Below, in pieces: positions 1 to 9,722 of a stretch of 42,839 nt of DNA (its first letter is position 1; every line of letters begins with the position of its first letter). The translations under genes were made by a program, and so were the position numbers. The DNA is from Nitrososphaeraceae archaeon (GTDB lineage Archaea > Thermoproteota > Nitrososphaeria > Nitrososphaerales > Nitrososphaeraceae), in contig JBIOZG010000019.1 of assembly GCA_044870765.1 (NCBI GenBank), positions 1-42,839 on the forward strand, written 5' to 3'. The notes under the pieces are model-generated. The model had not been told where the DNA came from, did no database searches, and was given only the letters and a program-made list of their open reading frames with translations.

Positions 1-318
1 TGGATGTAAAGCGTTATCAGGAGCGACTTCAACTTCTTTTTCTGATGCAATCAAAGTTACGTGTTTGACTTTTCCTTGTCCTTGTTGTTGATCTTGTCCT
101 TGATCTTGTCCTTGATCTTGTCCTTGATCTTGTCCTTGATCTTGTCCTTGATCTTGTCCTTGATCTTGTCCTTGATCTTGTCCTTGTTGTTGATCTTGAT
201 CTTGCTGTGCACGTACCACATTGGCTGAAAAATATGGAGCCAAAGCAACACTGCTTACAAGCAAGAGTGTAGCTACTAGTAAGCTTGTCAGTACTAAACT
301 ACGATTCATTATCCGCAT
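1..318 (-). CDS. nirK: Copper nitrite reductase (NirK)/multicopper oxidase, N-terminal part only (runs off window start)
   Basis: Not in ORF track. Manual minus-strand translation from ATG 318 (or 309): MRIMNRSLVLTSLLVATLLLVSSVALAPYFSANVVRA-QQDQDQQQ(GQDQ)8QQGQGKVKHVTLIASEKEVEVAPDNALHP. Signal peptide plus TLIA..E.EVAPDNALHP matches the recalled N-terminus of Nitrososphaera-type NirK. Copper ligands lie outside the window. Confidence 0.8.
   Translation of the reverse strand, partial: MRIMNRSLVLTSLLVATLLLVSSVALAPYFSANVVRAQQDQDQQQGQDQGQDQGQDQGQDQGQDQGQDQGQDQGQDQQQGQGKVKHVTLIASEKEVEVAPDNALHP
88..183. repeat. Perfect 12-bp tandem repeat (TTGATCTTGTCC)x8 encoding GQDQ in the nirK frame
   Basis: Eight exact copies read directly, starting at 88, 100, 112, 124, 136, 148, 160 and 172. 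Confidence 0.97.
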
Positions 319-332
319 TGTATAGTATTCCA

Positions 333-360
333 CTATAAATATTATTCTAGATAAGAATAA
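333..360 (-). promoter_or_regulatory. Putative nirK TATA box with adjacent inverted repeat TTATTCT-N5-AGAATAA
   Basis: Minus-strand TTTATA at 339-334, about 25 nt upstream of ATG 309 (leaderless spacing). 7-bp inverted repeat at 342-348/354-360. Confidence 0.4.
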
Positions 361-476
361 AATATTTTAATTTAGCATATAATTTTGTTGAAACTATATT
401 CTTGCCAAATATTAATTGGAATTTTTATATCAAAAAGTAATAATATTTATTTTGCGTTTATTAACTCTTAAATTAG

Positions 477-1844
477 ATGCCAATTTTACCAATTGATACT
501 GGAAGATATGGTAGCAATGAAATAAGAAATATTTTCGAGGAAGAACGCCGACTCCGATATCAACTTGAGTTTGAAGCACAAGTTGCATCGTCTCAGGGTA
601 GACTGAATCTTATTCCTAAAAATGCCTCAAAAGAAATTTCTCTAATAGCAAGATCAAACAAAATCACAATCAACAAAATTAAGGAACTAGAGTCAATTAG
701 TGAACATGATACAGCTTCCATAGTACAAGCAATAAGCCAATATTGCTCCCCTTCAACAAGACCTTGGATACATTACGGATTAACCAGTAACGACGTCGTA
801 GATACATCCACTTCGATGCAATTAAAAGATGCATTTGAGATAATTGAGCCGAAAATTTCAAAATTGATTTCGTTAATGCTGAATAAGGCAAAAAGATATT
901 CGACGTTACCATCAGTAGGAAGAACCCATGGACAGCATGCAAGTATAATATCTTTTGGATTAAAATTTGCAGTATGGGCAAATGAACTTTCACTCCATAT
1001 TGAAAGAATCGAAGAAGGAAAAAAGAGATTTCTACTATGTAAAACTTTGGGTGTGGTTGGAACAGGATCATTAATGGGATTAAGGGCATTGACGATTCAA
1101 AAGGATGTCGCCAAGTCACTCGGACTTTATTCTGTAGAAGCTGCAACACAAGTAATACCGAGAGAGAGATTAGCTGAAGTTCAATTTATTATTTCATTAA
1201 TAGGATGTACCTTGGATAAAATCGCGATAGAAATAAGAAATTTACAGAGAACTGAAATAGGTGAAGTTGAGGAACCCTTTAAGAAAGGTCAGTTGGGAAG
1301 TAGTGCAGTTCCAGTCAAGAGGAACCCCATTAAGAGTGAAAGGGTATCATCACTTGCAAGAATACTTCGTTCCTTTTCGAATGTTGCTCAAGAAAATGTT
1401 TCACTATGGCATGAAAGAGATCTATCAAATTCTGCGAACGAAAGATTCACTATTCCAATGGGGGTCATACTTTTGGACGAAATGATGAACAGTATGATAA
1501 AGGTAATTGAAGGCTTAACCGTAAACAGGCAAATAATTCTAGATAATATCAACAAGACAAAGGGAAGAATTTATGCAGAATTTATTCTTGAAGCATTGGT
1601 TAAGAAAGGCATTCCTAGAATGAAGGCATATGACAACATACAGCGGGTGGCGTTTCAAACTCTTGCCGATGATAAGAATTTTAAAGAAGCAATAGTACAG
1701 GACCCATCTATTGGATCAAATTTAAACATGAATGAATTAAAAAAGATATTTGATCCCAATAATCATCTTGCAGCCTCGACTAAAATAATAGACAACATCA
1801 TAAAAAAAGCGAAAGTAATACGTCAAAATTACAAATTGCACTAA
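477..1844 (+). CDS. purB: Adenylosuccinate lyase
   Basis: HYGLTSND, GRTHGQHA, SSAVPVKRNP (fumarate-lyase signature variant), WHERDLSNS motifs; 455 aa. Confidence 0.96.
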   Translation: MPILPIDTGRYGSNEIRNIFEEERRLRYQLEFEAQVASSQGRLNLIPKNASKEISLIARSNKITINKIKELESISEHDTASIVQAISQYCSPSTRPWIHYGLTSNDVVDTSTSMQLKDAFEIIEPKISKLISLMLNKAKRYSTLPSVGRTHGQHASIISFGLKFAVWANELSLHIERIEEGKKRFLLCKTLGVVGTGSLMGLRALTIQKDVAKSLGLYSVEAATQVIPRERLAEVQFIISLIGCTLDKIAIEIRNLQRTEIGEVEEPFKKGQLGSSAVPVKRNPIKSERVSSLARILRSFSNVAQENVSLWHERDLSNSANERFTIPMGVILLDEMMNSMIKVIEGLTVNRQIILDNINKTKGRIYAEFILEALVKKGIPRMKAYDNIQRVAFQTLADDKNFKEAIVQDPSIGSNLNMNELKKIFDPNNHLAASTKIIDNIIKKAKVIRQNYKLH

Positions 1845-2593
1845 TCTATTTTTTTATAATATCTATGGATTAGCGAGCCATATTGAAATGCTTTTTTTCT
1901 TCTAATTATTACTTCTGGAGGTATATCAAAAGATAACGCAATCTTTCTTATGATGTGTTTTCTCAAAAAGTCATCATAGCTTACTATTTTATTATGAATT
2001 GGAAATTTCATTGCGATTGAAATAAATTCTTTTGAAAGAAATGGTTGTAAAATACGGATATAATATTTTTGTACGACTTGTCTTATTTCATTTGTAAGTT
2101 CCAATTCATTTAGAATCTTTGATTCAATAGTCCTGTTAATAGTATCATATCCTTGATTAAAAATGAATCGAAAATTATTATAGCCACAAAACAGTTCGTC
2201 AAACCCGTTAGCTGTAAGTACTACATCTAGACCACAACTGTGTGCCAATTGAGCTATGTAACTGAAGGCAATACAGTTTTCTATATGAGATAAATTTTTG
2301 CAAGTTATTTCATTCCGTATTTGCATTGAAAATTTAGTAAAATCATCTTTTTCAATCTCCAAAATCTTGTGATTCATTTTAATCTTGTACGAAACTGATT
2401 TTGAGTGTTCTATATCTTTAGAGCCAGGAAAACCGACAGTGAGTAATGTAGTATCGATATTCATATTCTTGCAGATCATTGCTAGTAATGTACTATCTAT
2501 CCCTCCCGAAAAGGCGATACCAATTTTATTTATCCCTCCTAAATTTACTGCTACTGTCGCAAATAATGCATCTATTAGGTCGGAATTGTACAA
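1841..2593 (-). CDS. Asparagine synthase C-terminal-domain family protein (ATP pyrophosphatase, no glutaminase domain)
   Basis: PP-loop AFSGGIDST, TANGFDELFCGY, KKAFQYGS; 4-nt stop overlap with purB. Confidence 0.85.
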   Translation of the reverse strand: MYNSDLIDALFATVAVNLGGINKIGIAFSGGIDSTLLAMICKNMNIDTTLLTVGFPGSKDIEHSKSVSYKIKMNHKILEIEKDDFTKFSMQIRNEITCKNLSHIENCIAFSYIAQLAHSCGLDVVLTANGFDELFCGYNNFRFIFNQGYDTINRTIESKILNELELTNEIRQVVQKYYIRILQPFLSKEFISIAMKFPIHNKIVSYDDFLRKHIIRKIALSFDIPPEVIIRRKKAFQYGSLIHRYYKKID

Positions 2594-3076
2594 TGCAGTA
2601 TAACTAAGAATAAATTCATTTATGTCTTATCATTATGATGTACCAAGTCTAGGCTCTTCACACCTTTTAAGAGTTAAGTTTGTAACTACAAACTATAGAA
2701 ATGAAAGTTTCTAATTAATCTAAATTTGCCAATTGATAATATTTTGAAGCTAGAGAATCTTTCCTTTTATCAAATTTTTTATAGTTTTTTTCAATAATAA
2801 CCTATGTCCTGAGAATAAGTACTGTGTTCTTCTTAACTTCAGGCTAATATCAAAATTAGTAACTATTTCGATACTGGCTGAGATTTGGTAACAATAGATT
2901 AAAACTTTTTATATTTTGATATTGAGTAAAATACCAATGGTTGCTAAAGTACATATATTTCCCATGTCAATTCTTCTGGAGATTTCATGCAGAAATCATA
3001 CGATACTTACCGGAAGTGTTCAGAGAATCAGTTTTCTCTGTACGTGCTTGACTTCAGTTTAATTGTGAGATCTAAT

Positions 3077-3736
3077 ATGATTGATATTCAGGAAACGGAT
3101 GATCTATCTTTTATTTCTAAAGAAATATCATTTTTGACAGATTCGATATATTGTTGTATATGCATTATTGACATTATCAACTCTACTCGGATCGCGTCCA
3201 GAATAAAGAATTCCGCGAATATAAGAAAATTCTATTCTATTTTTATCAATTCAATTACCTCAATAGCTAGAGGGTATGATGCGCACATAATTAAAAATTT
3301 TGGAGATAGTGTAATATGTTATTTCCCTAACACAGCAAATTCGGAGGATATGGAGGGATTTGACAAAGTATTGAAGTGTGCTACAGTCATGAAATCATTA
3401 AATAAATTTGTCAATACAAAAATGGATGAGGAACTACTCCCTCACATAAAATATCGAATCAGTATTGATTTTGGTAAAGTGGAAATGGCTACATCTAACT
3501 CTTCTAGAACATGTGACCTATTTGGCCCTACCGTTAATCTTTGTGCGAAAATAAATTCATTGGCTGAACCCAATGGAATAGCCATAGGTGGAGATTTCTA
3601 TACGATTCTAAAATCATTCCCTACATTGGAAAAAATGTACCAGTTCAAATATATTGGAGAATATTCAACTGGGATAAAACAAGTATATCCTATTTATTCG
3701 GTTAATCTAGCTAAGAATACAAATAATGCCGATTAA
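3077..3736 (+). CDS. Class III adenylate/guanylate cyclase domain protein
   Basis: IIDIINST (metal Asp), IKNFGDS, RISIDFG, DLFGPTVNLCAKI. Start at ATG 3077 preferred over 2987 (uncertain). Confidence 0.88.
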   Translation: MIDIQETDDLSFISKEISFLTDSIYCCICIIDIINSTRIASRIKNSANIRKFYSIFINSITSIARGYDAHIIKNFGDSVICYFPNTANSEDMEGFDKVLKCATVMKSLNKFVNTKMDEELLPHIKYRISIDFGKVEMATSNSSRTCDLFGPTVNLCAKINSLAEPNGIAIGGDFYTILKSFPTLEKMYQFKYIGEYSTGIKQVYPIYSVNLAKNTNNAD

Positions 3737-4069
3737 GAATATTCCGGGACTTTAAATTTCTGAATTGTTTCCAATCTTAAGAACATAAGAAACATTAATT
3801 TAAGTTACTCTTAGTTAATGAAAAGCTATTGTTCTTGTTAGGACTGTCTTTAAGATTATCCATTTTTGTGTCTAATTAGATAGCAGACTTTTCTTTTTGG
3901 CGTGATTCTGATAATAATAAACAATCAATAATATGATATCCAGAAATCGATTAAATTGCATGAACATAATCTTTCGTAACCGTTTATTGAACTATTTTTG
4001 AAAATATTGAAATTTAGAATTTGACGATAAAGCAACTCGTATATATCTGGGTTCTTTGAAATAAAATTA

Positions 4070-4879
4070 ATGAAGAAAATAATCCTGGATGAAGACCTCA
4101 AATATATTGATAGAAAGGGAAATTTGCTGAGGAGTAAGACGGAGTTATCCTTCTCAAAATTACTTTCATTTTTAGAGAAAGACTATCAATACAACTTTTT
4201 GATAAAACTATCAAATGGTAGAGAAGTACCAGTTGATTTTAAGGTTGAAAACAAATTCATTGAGATTTTAGACTCCGAGAAAGATCTGGATAAATTCAAT
4301 GAAATAAAAAAGAATAATCCCGATCTTGATATCATAGCTATCGGTAAATCAAAATTTGGTGTCAAATCAAACGATTTTGAGACTATATCATTTATTGATT
4401 CTGAGAAAGACCAGATAGGATCTATTTTTTTGGAGGATTCGTCATTGGCATTTGACTATGCTCATATTTTGCCTCTAGTTGAAAAATGTTCAATTCTACA
4501 TGGACACACTTCCACTGTAATGGTAGAGATAATCGGAAAAATGGTAAACAACCTAGTCATTGATTTCAGTCAAGCAAAAAGTATTATCAAAGACACCCTT
4601 TCAATACTGGATCACAAGTTTTTTATCAACAAGGAATATGTTTACAAAGAAGATAGTATACATTACTACATCTCGTTTGATGGTCCTCGTGGATTTTTTA
4701 ATCTACAGCTTCCCAAGGATACGACCTTTCTTATGCCTGGAGAAGCGACGGTCGAAAATCTTTCTTCGATAATAATAAAATTGTTGTCTTCAAAAATGCC
4801 CCCAAATATAGAGGCGCTGGGCGTTTATATTTATGAGGGTGTAAATAAGGGCGCCCATATTCTCGCGAATATAAAATGA
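4070..4879 (+). CDS. queD: 6-pyruvoyl/6-carboxy-tetrahydropterin synthase (QueD/PTPS family) with N-terminal extra domain
   Basis: C-terminal FDYAH..EKCSILHGH, VIDF, LDHK, TVENL, IYEG motifs; about 115-aa N-terminal addition. Confidence 0.8.
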   Translation: MKKIILDEDLKYIDRKGNLLRSKTELSFSKLLSFLEKDYQYNFLIKLSNGREVPVDFKVENKFIEILDSEKDLDKFNEIKKNNPDLDIIAIGKSKFGVKSNDFETISFIDSEKDQIGSIFLEDSSLAFDYAHILPLVEKCSILHGHTSTVMVEIIGKMVNNLVIDFSQAKSIIKDTLSILDHKFFINKEYVYKEDSIHYYISFDGPRGFFNLQLPKDTTFLMPGEATVENLSSIIIKLLSSKMPPNIEALGVYIYEGVNKGAHILANIK

Positions 4880-5018
4880 AAAGAAATTTTTTCCTTTGAT
4901 ACTACTAATTCCTTTCTTTTGATTTCTTTTGAAAGAAAATTCGCATTTATTTCGAACTAATCTTTTTGAAGCATGAACTTAAATAGAACCCTACTAGTGG
5001 ATTAGTTCTAACCTAAAC

Positions 5019-7364
5019 ATGCAACAAAAAATTGACGAAAAAATATGGAATTCGAATATTGAAAATGCAATATCTAAAAAATGGAACGAAGAAAGAATCT
5101 ATGAATTCAAGGTATCTGATAAGAATAATTTTGTTATTGACACTCCCCCTCCTTATCCATCCGGACGACCATGGCACATAGGAGCTGCTGCACATTATGC
5201 ACAAATCGACATGATAGCGCGTACAGCTAGAATGCTCGGAAATAATGTATTTTTTCCAATAGGCATAGACAGAAATGGACTTCCTGTAGAGATTTACACT
5301 GAAAAAAAACACAAGATCCGGATGCGACAGACCGACCGGGAAGAATTCCTTAATCTTTGTAAAACATCACTTGATGATCTTGAAAAAGAAATGATCCAAA
5401 TTATGAAAAGTATCGGTCTGAGTTCAAATTTTGAAGAGTATTACAGGACGGATTCAAATGAATATCGTGCATTAACTCAAAGTACATTCATCCATCTATG
5501 GAAAAAGGGACTTGTTTATTCCTCCAATAGGCCTAACAATTATTGTCCGAGTTGCGGAACTACAATCGCCGATGCAGAAATAACTTATGAAGAAAAAAAA
5601 ACAACTCTTGTATATTTGAAGTTTAAATTAAAAAATGAAAACGGTTATCTTATTGTTGCTACTACTAGACCTGAATTAATTTTTGCATGCCAGTGCATTA
5701 TAGTAAATCCTAACGATACTAGATATGAGAATTTACATAATAATGAGGTTATCCTTCCAATATTTGATAGAGAAGTAAAGATTTTACCGCATCATTCTGC
5801 GAAATCAGATTTTGGATCGGGAGCCGTAATGGTTTGCAGCTACGGAGATCTTAATGATGTTCAAGTATTTAGAGAGTTGGGATTAAAGGAAATTGTCTCA
5901 GTTAACCAATATGGTAGGATTAGTGAAAATGGGGGCAATTATGCTAACTTAACTATAGATAATGCCAGAAAAAAAATTATTGAAGATTTGAAAAATAATG
6001 ATTACTTCGAGAAGGAAGAAACAATCCTCCATAGAATACCAATGTGCGAAAGAAGTAAATCTCCAGTAGAAATAGTCCCAATGCAGGATTATTACATAAA
6101 ACAACTTGAATTTCTTCCTAAACTTAGAGAATTTTCATCTTCTCTGAAGTTTTATCCGGAGGCGCACAGGCAAATATTATTTAATTGGTTAGATTCTGTT
6201 GCGATAGATTGGCCCATATCCAGGAGGAGATTTTATGGAACCGAAATTCCGATTTGGTATTGTGACAATTGTAAGGAACCGATATTGCCTGAACCTGGAA
6301 AATATTATAGACCGTGGAAAGATAAAGCACCCATTGATAAATGTAATAAATGTGGATTCGACAAATTTACTGGAGATGAAAGGACTTTCGATACTTGGAT
6401 GGATTCCAGCATATCACCTTTATTTGTAACAAAATACAACAGGGATGAAGATTTTTTTGTAAAAACATTTCCGACACAAATAAGACCACAAGCTAAAGAC
6501 ATTGTGAGAACATGGCTTTACTACACAATGTTACGATGTTATCAATTAACAGACAATCTTGCTTGGAGTGAAGTCTGGATTATGGGATATGGTGTCGATG
6601 AGTATGGAGAAAAGATGAGTAAGAGTAAGGGGAATGTAATTGATCCATTTCCGATAATAACTAAGCACGGTGCAGATACTTTTAGATTTTGGTCTGCAAC
6701 GGAAGCAAACCATGGCCAAGACTTTAGATGCTCGGAGCAAAAGATAGTAGAAGCACAGAAATTTTTGACCAAACTATGGAATATAGGAAGATTTGTATCC
6801 TCCTTTGAATTCATTCCTTCATATGAATCCGATTTATTACCTTCAGATAAATGGATCCTAGCAGAATTATCAAATTTAGTAACTGAATGTATAAAAGGTT
6901 ATAGGGAATATAATTTCTTCATTCCTGCTTCACACATAAGAGAATTCACTTGGAATATATTCGCATCACATTACCTTGAATTGGTAAAGTCACGTGCATA
7001 CAATGATAAAGATCCGAATAGTAGATATTCAGCATTATACGCTCTCCATAAGTGTTTTTCAGTTTTATTGTTACTTTTAGCTCCTATATGTCCTTTTATC
7101 ACAGATAAATTATGGACGACGATATACTATGAAGATAGTATTCATTTAAAGAGGTTACCTATTGAGAATAATGATTATGAAGATATGCGCAAATATACCA
7201 AAGCAATTGTCGATTTTAATTCACTAATTTGGACTAAAAAAAGAGAATCTATAAATGAAGATGGCAAGCGATATTCACTAAGGGATCCTATAAAAAATGA
7301 GATTCCGAAGGAATTATCTCAATTCAAAGATGATCTAAAGGAAATGCACAATATCCAAGGTTAA
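5019..7364 (+). CDS. valS: Valine--tRNA ligase
   Basis: IDTPPPYPSG-PWHIGAA (HIGH variant), ATTRPE, DWPISRRR, FDTWMDSS, KMSKSKGN. Confidence 0.96.
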   Translation: MQQKIDEKIWNSNIENAISKKWNEERIYEFKVSDKNNFVIDTPPPYPSGRPWHIGAAAHYAQIDMIARTARMLGNNVFFPIGIDRNGLPVEIYTEKKHKIRMRQTDREEFLNLCKTSLDDLEKEMIQIMKSIGLSSNFEEYYRTDSNEYRALTQSTFIHLWKKGLVYSSNRPNNYCPSCGTTIADAEITYEEKKTTLVYLKFKLKNENGYLIVATTRPELIFACQCIIVNPNDTRYENLHNNEVILPIFDREVKILPHHSAKSDFGSGAVMVCSYGDLNDVQVFRELGLKEIVSVNQYGRISENGGNYANLTIDNARKKIIEDLKNNDYFEKEETILHRIPMCERSKSPVEIVPMQDYYIKQLEFLPKLREFSSSLKFYPEAHRQILFNWLDSVAIDWPISRRRFYGTEIPIWYCDNCKEPILPEPGKYYRPWKDKAPIDKCNKCGFDKFTGDERTFDTWMDSSISPLFVTKYNRDEDFFVKTFPTQIRPQAKDIVRTWLYYTMLRCYQLTDNLAWSEVWIMGYGVDEYGEKMSKSKGNVIDPFPIITKHGADTFRFWSATEANHGQDFRCSEQKIVEAQKFLTKLWNIGRFVSSFEFIPSYESDLLPSDKWILAELSNLVTECIKGYREYNFFIPASHIREFTWNIFASHYLELVKSRAYNDKDPNSRYSALYALHKCFSVLLLLLAPICPFITDKLWTTIYYEDSIHLKRLPIENNDYEDMRKYTKAIVDFNSLIWTKKRESINEDGKRYSLRDPIKNEIPKELSQFKDDLKEMHNIQG

Positions 7365-7384
7365 CTTAGGTGTAAGATATTTTT

Positions 7385-8410
7385 ATGAAAGCTGTTCCCA
7401 TAAATGGTCATGGTCCTGTCGAGGTTTTAAAATATGTGAAAGGTTTTCCTACTCCAGTACCAAATTCCTCGGAGAGTCTAATTAAGATAAAATACTGTGG
7501 CCTAAATCATCTTGATATTTGGACGAGGATTGGGATTCCAGGTATGCCTATCACCTTTCCTCATATTTGCGGAAGCGATATTGTAGGATCATTGGAGGGA
7601 GATAATGACCAGTTTCCTAGACGAACAAGGGTTCTCGTATATCCTGGAATAAGCTGTAATCATTGCGATAATTGTAGGAATGGGAATGAAACGATATGTA
7701 GAGATTTTTCAATAATTGGTGGTTTAAGTAATTATAATGGTGGTTATGCCGAATATGTGGTTGTTCCCAAAACAAATATCGTGCCCATACCTAATGAAAT
7801 AAGTGATGAGCAAGCTGCTACACTCTCAATTTCATATTTGACTGCGTGGAATATTTTTAAAAAACTACAATTAAAAAAAGATGATACTCTATTAGTATAC
7901 GGTGCCACAGGAGGTCTAGGTATGGCTGTGATCCAAATTGCAAAAGCATTAGGGATAAAAATCATAACAAGTGTGTCAGATGATTCTAAATTCAACTTCG
8001 CACGCAGTCTTGGATCTGATAATGTAATAAATCGAAAGGAAAAAGATTTAGCATTAGAAGTAGAAAAAATAACGCGTGGATTAGGAGTGGATGGTGTTGT
8101 AGATAATGTAGGTCAGAAGACTATTGCCACGAGTATTAACTGTGTTCGAAAGGGTGGGAAAATTGCATTATGTGGTACCACATCAGGAAATATAGCAAAT
8201 TTTCAAATGAGAACTTTTTATTCAAAGCAAATCCAGTTATTTGGCATTTTAATAGGCTCAAAATCAGAGTTGTTAGAATTAATTGAATTTGTCAGTAAGA
8301 AAAAGATCTTGGCAAGAGTTGATTCTGTATATGGATTATCTGAAGTACAGAAAGCTCATACCATATTAGAAAGAGGACAACAACTGGGTAAAATTTTGAT
8401 AAAAATATGA
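7385..8410 (+). CDS. Zinc-binding medium-chain dehydrogenase/reductase (ADH/quinone reductase-like)
   Basis: Structural Zn CNHCDNC..C, GATGGLG NAD(P) motif, LNHLD/PHICGSD. Confidence 0.9.
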   Translation: MKAVPINGHGPVEVLKYVKGFPTPVPNSSESLIKIKYCGLNHLDIWTRIGIPGMPITFPHICGSDIVGSLEGDNDQFPRRTRVLVYPGISCNHCDNCRNGNETICRDFSIIGGLSNYNGGYAEYVVVPKTNIVPIPNEISDEQAATLSISYLTAWNIFKKLQLKKDDTLLVYGATGGLGMAVIQIAKALGIKIITSVSDDSKFNFARSLGSDNVINRKEKDLALEVEKITRGLGVDGVVDNVGQKTIATSINCVRKGGKIALCGTTSGNIANFQMRTFYSKQIQLFGILIGSKSELLELIEFVSKKKILARVDSVYGLSEVQKAHTILERGQQLGKILIKI

Positions 8411-8513
8411 ATAATTAGTAACTTATAGTATAAAGAAATTTTAAATTATTCATGGTCATGTCGTCCTTGGAACTATTTTGAATTCTACAGATAGAAAGAT
8501 TGTTAAAATTAAT

Positions 8514-9146
8514 TTATGTCTTTACCTTTGGTAAATTCCAGTGTAACTTTATGGATATTAATCTCACACCTGTAGTAACTAGAATTACAGCGATTGCTGT
8601 ATATTCAAATTGTAGTTTTATGTTTACTAATATAAGGAATATAATAACGCCTATGAAGCTGGCTACCGCATACACTTCTTTGGTGAAAACAATCGGAGGT
8701 TCTCTTACAAATACATCTCTTAGAATTCCTCCTCCAAAAGCTGTTATCAGACCTGAAATAACGATTAATACCATGTTTGAACTAAAAAGAGAGTAAGCAA
8801 TGGAAGCTCCTGTAAAAGTAAATACACCCAGTCCTACAGCGTCAAAGATATTGAACAAGTTTTCATATTTTTTTGTTCTATGATAAAGAAGAAAAATGAT
8901 AATTGCAGTTATTGTAGTCATAACAATATGAATAGTATCTGAAAAATTATTTGGAGGGAAAATACCCAAGATAGTATCTCTCATTACTCCACCAAATATC
9001 CCCGTTACAGTTGCAAGAATTATTATTCCCACAATATCGTACTTGTGTTCTATCGCTCGGAGTGCACCCGTTACGGCAAAAACCACAGTTCCAAATAAAT
9101 CTAATACAAGGATGATTATGGAAAAACTGGTATCTAAATTAAACAA
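8514..9146 (-). CDS. Trimeric intracellular cation channel family (UPF0126/YadS) membrane protein
   Basis: Two internal repeats: GTVVFAVTGA..GGVMRD and DAVGLG..GGGILRD; about 7 TM. Confidence 0.9.
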   Translation of the reverse strand: MFNLDTSFSIIILVLDLFGTVVFAVTGALRAIEHKYDIVGIIILATVTGIFGGVMRDTILGIFPPNNFSDTIHIVMTTITAIIIFLLYHRTKKYENLFNIFDAVGLGVFTFTGASIAYSLFSSNMVLIVISGLITAFGGGILRDVFVREPPIVFTKEVYAVASFIGVIIFLILVNIKLQFEYTAIAVILVTTGVRLISIKLHWNLPKVKT

Positions 9147-9215
9147 TTAAGAATTACTGAAATAAACTTGGGATAAGAAAATGTCGTATTGTACTATGAT
9201 AGGTACCAAGATAGA

Positions 9216-9584
9216 TTACTGTCTCTTTCCATTTATCATTTCCAATATGTCTTCTGCTATGTCAATTGAAGTATGTGAATTAATATTTGGTTCCATTGTA
9301 ACAAGTAAGATATACTTATTCATGTAAAATGTCAGAATCGATATCTTTTCTCTCTCGACGTAGGCAAACCTTGATCTGCCCATAGTATTGTCAAATCTTT
9401 CTCTCATAGATTTACGCAATGCTGTATGCGTTAGGTATAACTCTTCATTGTTTTCATCCATAATGGAATCTATACCTCTTCTCATCCCTCCAGCGATAGG
9501 TAATCCTGCATCATCGATGACTGCTACGTATCTTACATCGTTGTTCAAGTTGAATATAGATTCACATAGCTTTGAATAATCCAT
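9216..9584 (-). CDS. DUF6659-like (roadblock/profilin-like) thaumarchaeal protein
   Basis: Pattern C..I..L...VRYVAVID..G..IAGGMR..G / FD..MG...AYVEREK recalled for this family. Confidence 0.7.
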   Translation of the reverse strand: MDYSKLCESIFNLNNDVRYVAVIDDAGLPIAGGMRRGIDSIMDENNEELYLTHTALRKSMRERFDNTMGRSRFAYVEREKISILTFYMNKYILLVTMEPNINSHTSIDIAEDILEMINGKRQ

Positions 9585-9722
9585 AGATTGAAGAAAATAG
9601 AGACTATTTATTATGTTTTTGACTTTTAGGATGTTGTCGGCTAATTGATACTCCGTTTGTCAAAAGAAATCTCGAACCGCATTAAATTAAGATATGAATT
9701 CTTTATGAATAACTACCGTGGT

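Noticed and set aside
88-183. Possible CRISPR array
   Set aside because: Contiguous 12-bp units with no spacers, inside a coding frame, and no cas genes.
57-251. ORF-track 64-aa (KDKI)n protein
   Set aside because: Wrong frame of the nirK GQDQ repeat; the alternative frame has a signal peptide and a NirK motif.
697-1485. Alternative-frame and antisense ORFs inside purB (and similar ones inside valS, queD, ppx and others)
   Set aside because: Fully overlapped by well-supported genes and lacking motifs.
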